32,765 nt of DNA. Source: a virus (Duplodnaviria; Caudoviricetes). Every line of letters begins with the position of its first letter. Positions within the stretch are counted from its first letter, which is position 1. A model generated the notes under the pieces. It searched no databases. It was given only the letters and a program-made list of their open reading frames with translations, and was not told where the DNA came from. Location: positions 1-32,765 of the IMG/VR virus record IMGVR_UViG_3300037313_000311; one strand, 5' to 3'. Position numbers and translations under genes: made by a program. Positions 31,111 through 32,765 of the stretch are shown here, piece by piece.

Positions 31111-32765
31111 TCGAAGTCGAACTGCCCGGCGGACAGATTGTCGAGATCAACACGACCGATCCGGCTGTCGCGGCGCAGGCTGCTCAGAAGTATCTTGCGT
31201 CATCCAATGCGTCAAAGCCTGACAAGTATCAGCAGGCGGCTATTGAAGAGCGAGACGCACTGAAGGCTAAGGGCATCGATACTGGCGCTGGATTGACCCG
31301 AAGGCTGGCGCAGGGCGCTACCTTTAATCTGGCGGATGAGGTTCTAGCTGGCCTCTCTACGCCGCTCGAAATGGTCAAGCGCGGCACCTTCAACCCTGCT
31401 GAAGGCTATAACTACGCCAAGGCGCGGGAAGATCTTATCCTCGACGATGCGCGCAAGAATACCGGCGCGCTGGGTACTGCGGCTGAGATCGGCGGGGGCG
31501 TCGGTTCTGGCTTGGGGGCGGCGCGAGCGGGGCTTTCGTTTGCTCGCGGCTTGGCACCAGAAGCCGGGCTTCTCGCTCGGTCGGCAGCGTCAGCCGGGGA
31601 CAGCGCGGCCTTTGGGGCTCTCGCTGGCGTTGGTGAAGGAAATTCACTGACGGAAAGGCTGAAAGGCGGCTTGCTCGGTGGCGCGGTCGGCGCGGGTGTC
31701 GGCGCTGTTGCTCCCGGCGCCGTGTCTCTACTTGGTCAGGCGGTATCGCCAATCATCAGCAATCTTCGGGCGCGGATGAACCCGACTGGATACGCTCAGA
31801 GTCAAGTAGCGCGAGCCATCCAAGAAAGCGGCGCAACGCCCAATCAGCTAAGCCTGAATATGGTGCAGGCGGCGAATGAAGGGCAAGGTGCCTATACGCT
31901 TGCTGATGCGATGGGCAATGCTGGACAGCGGATGCTATCGACTGTTGCGAGAGCCCCTGGGGAAGGCCGAACTGCGGTTGTAAACGCGCTGGAAGGGCGT
32001 CAGGCCGATCAGGGCCGACGTGTGGCCTCAGCCCTCTCGGAGGGCTTTGACGCTCCCCAGACGGCTGCGCAGACCAGGACGGGAATGGAGAACGCCCGCC
32101 GCGCCGTGGCCGATGCTGAATATGGCGCTGCTCGCACGAATGCCCAGCCGGTTGACGTTTCCAATGTGCTTAGCCACTTGGACAACCAGATCTCGCCCTA
32201 TGGCGTTCCCCATGACGTGGCTGCGCCCAATTCAATCAATGCGACGCTGGCCGGTATCAGGCGGCAGCTTGGCAATGATCGCGGCTCGGCGAACGATTTC
32301 AATCTAGTTCAGCAGATCCGTCATGACGTGGCCGATATGGCGCAGTCCGCCCTACAGTCGGGCCAGGGCAATCGCGCTCGCGTTCTTCGCGGCGTAGTCA
32401 ACCAACTTGATCAATCGCTTGAGGCATCTTCTCAGGGTTATCAGCAGGCCAACCGTAACTTCGCGCAGGCATCTCGCAATATCGAGGCGATCGACCAAGG
32501 GCGCGCGGCAGCGATGCGAGGTCGTCCCGAAGACACCATCCCGGCATTCCAGCGTCTTGCCCCTGAGGGCCAGCGCGGTTTTAGGGCTGGCTATGCTGAT
32601 CCGTTGATTGAGCAGGCTCAGAGCGGCGCCTATGGGGTCAATAAGGCCCGTCCATTGACAAGCGACGCCTTCCGCGATGAGGCGGCAGCAATGGCGCCCG
32701 GCAACGATATGATGCAGCGCCGTCTAGGCCGCGAAATGACGATGTTCGAAACTCGCAACCAAGCC
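31107..32765 (+). CDS. large ejection protein, partial (runs off right end)
   Basis: ATGA overlap at 31107; MIEVELPGGQIVEI...QGATFNLADE...; Gly/Ala-rich; absent from the ORF track, consistent with having no stop in the window. Confidence 0.8.
   Translation, partial: MIEVELPGGQIVEINTTDPAVAAQAAQKYLASSNASKPDKYQQAAIEERDALKAKGIDTGAGLTRRLAQGATFNLADEVLAGLSTPLEMVKRGTFNPAEGYNYAKAREDLILDDARKNTGALGTAAEIGGGVGSGLGAARAGLSFARGLAPEAGLLARSAASAGDSAAFGALAGVGEGNSLTERLKGGLLGGAVGAGVGAVAPGAVSLLGQAVSPIISNLRARMNPTGYAQSQVARAIQESGATPNQLSLNMVQAANEGQGAYTLADAMGNAGQRMLSTVARAPGEGRTAVVNALEGRQADQGRRVASALSEGFDAPQTAAQTRTGMENARRAVADAEYGAARTNAQPVDVSNVLSHLDNQISPYGVPHDVAAPNSINATLAGIRRQLGNDRGSANDFNLVQQIRHDVADMAQSALQSGQGNRARVLRGVVNQLDQSLEASSQGYQQANRNFAQASRNIEAIDQGRAAAMRGRPEDTIPAFQRLAPEGQRGFRAGYADPLIEQAQSGAYGVNKARPLTSDAFRDEAAAMAPGNDMMQRRLGREMTMFETRNQA

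Overview
The whole window is a temperate, podovirus-type tailed phage genome segment. A GcrA homologue, the integrase style and the GC-rich composition point to an alphaproteobacterial host (probably Hyphomicrobiales; inference). Order: (1) leftward accessory genes (1-1777); (2) a likely attP (~1790-1960), tyrosine integrase and excisionase, separated by a 472-bp promoter+cargo+HTH cassette; (3) a leftward early operon of small ATGA-coupled genes with Lar-like, DUF968/HNH-like, SSB-like and annealing-protein genes (3933-9292); (4) an immunity region with a short repressor, Cro, 17-bp GTTG-N9-CAAC operators and ~470 bp of strongly base-paired non-coding sequence; (5) a rightward middle operon (HTH, GcrA, RusA-like, DUF1376 replication initiator with iterons, late regulator); (6) a late promoter/terminator and morphogenesis genes (TerS, TerL, a portal split into two coupled ORFs, scaffold, major capsid, a glycosyltransferase, adaptor, nozzle, short fibre, ejection proteins running off the right end). 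The most unusual items are the apparently precisely inserted cassette between xis and int, the structured RNA(s) downstream of the repressor, and the split portal. All protein assignments come from motif recognition by eye; no database search or RNA folding was run.
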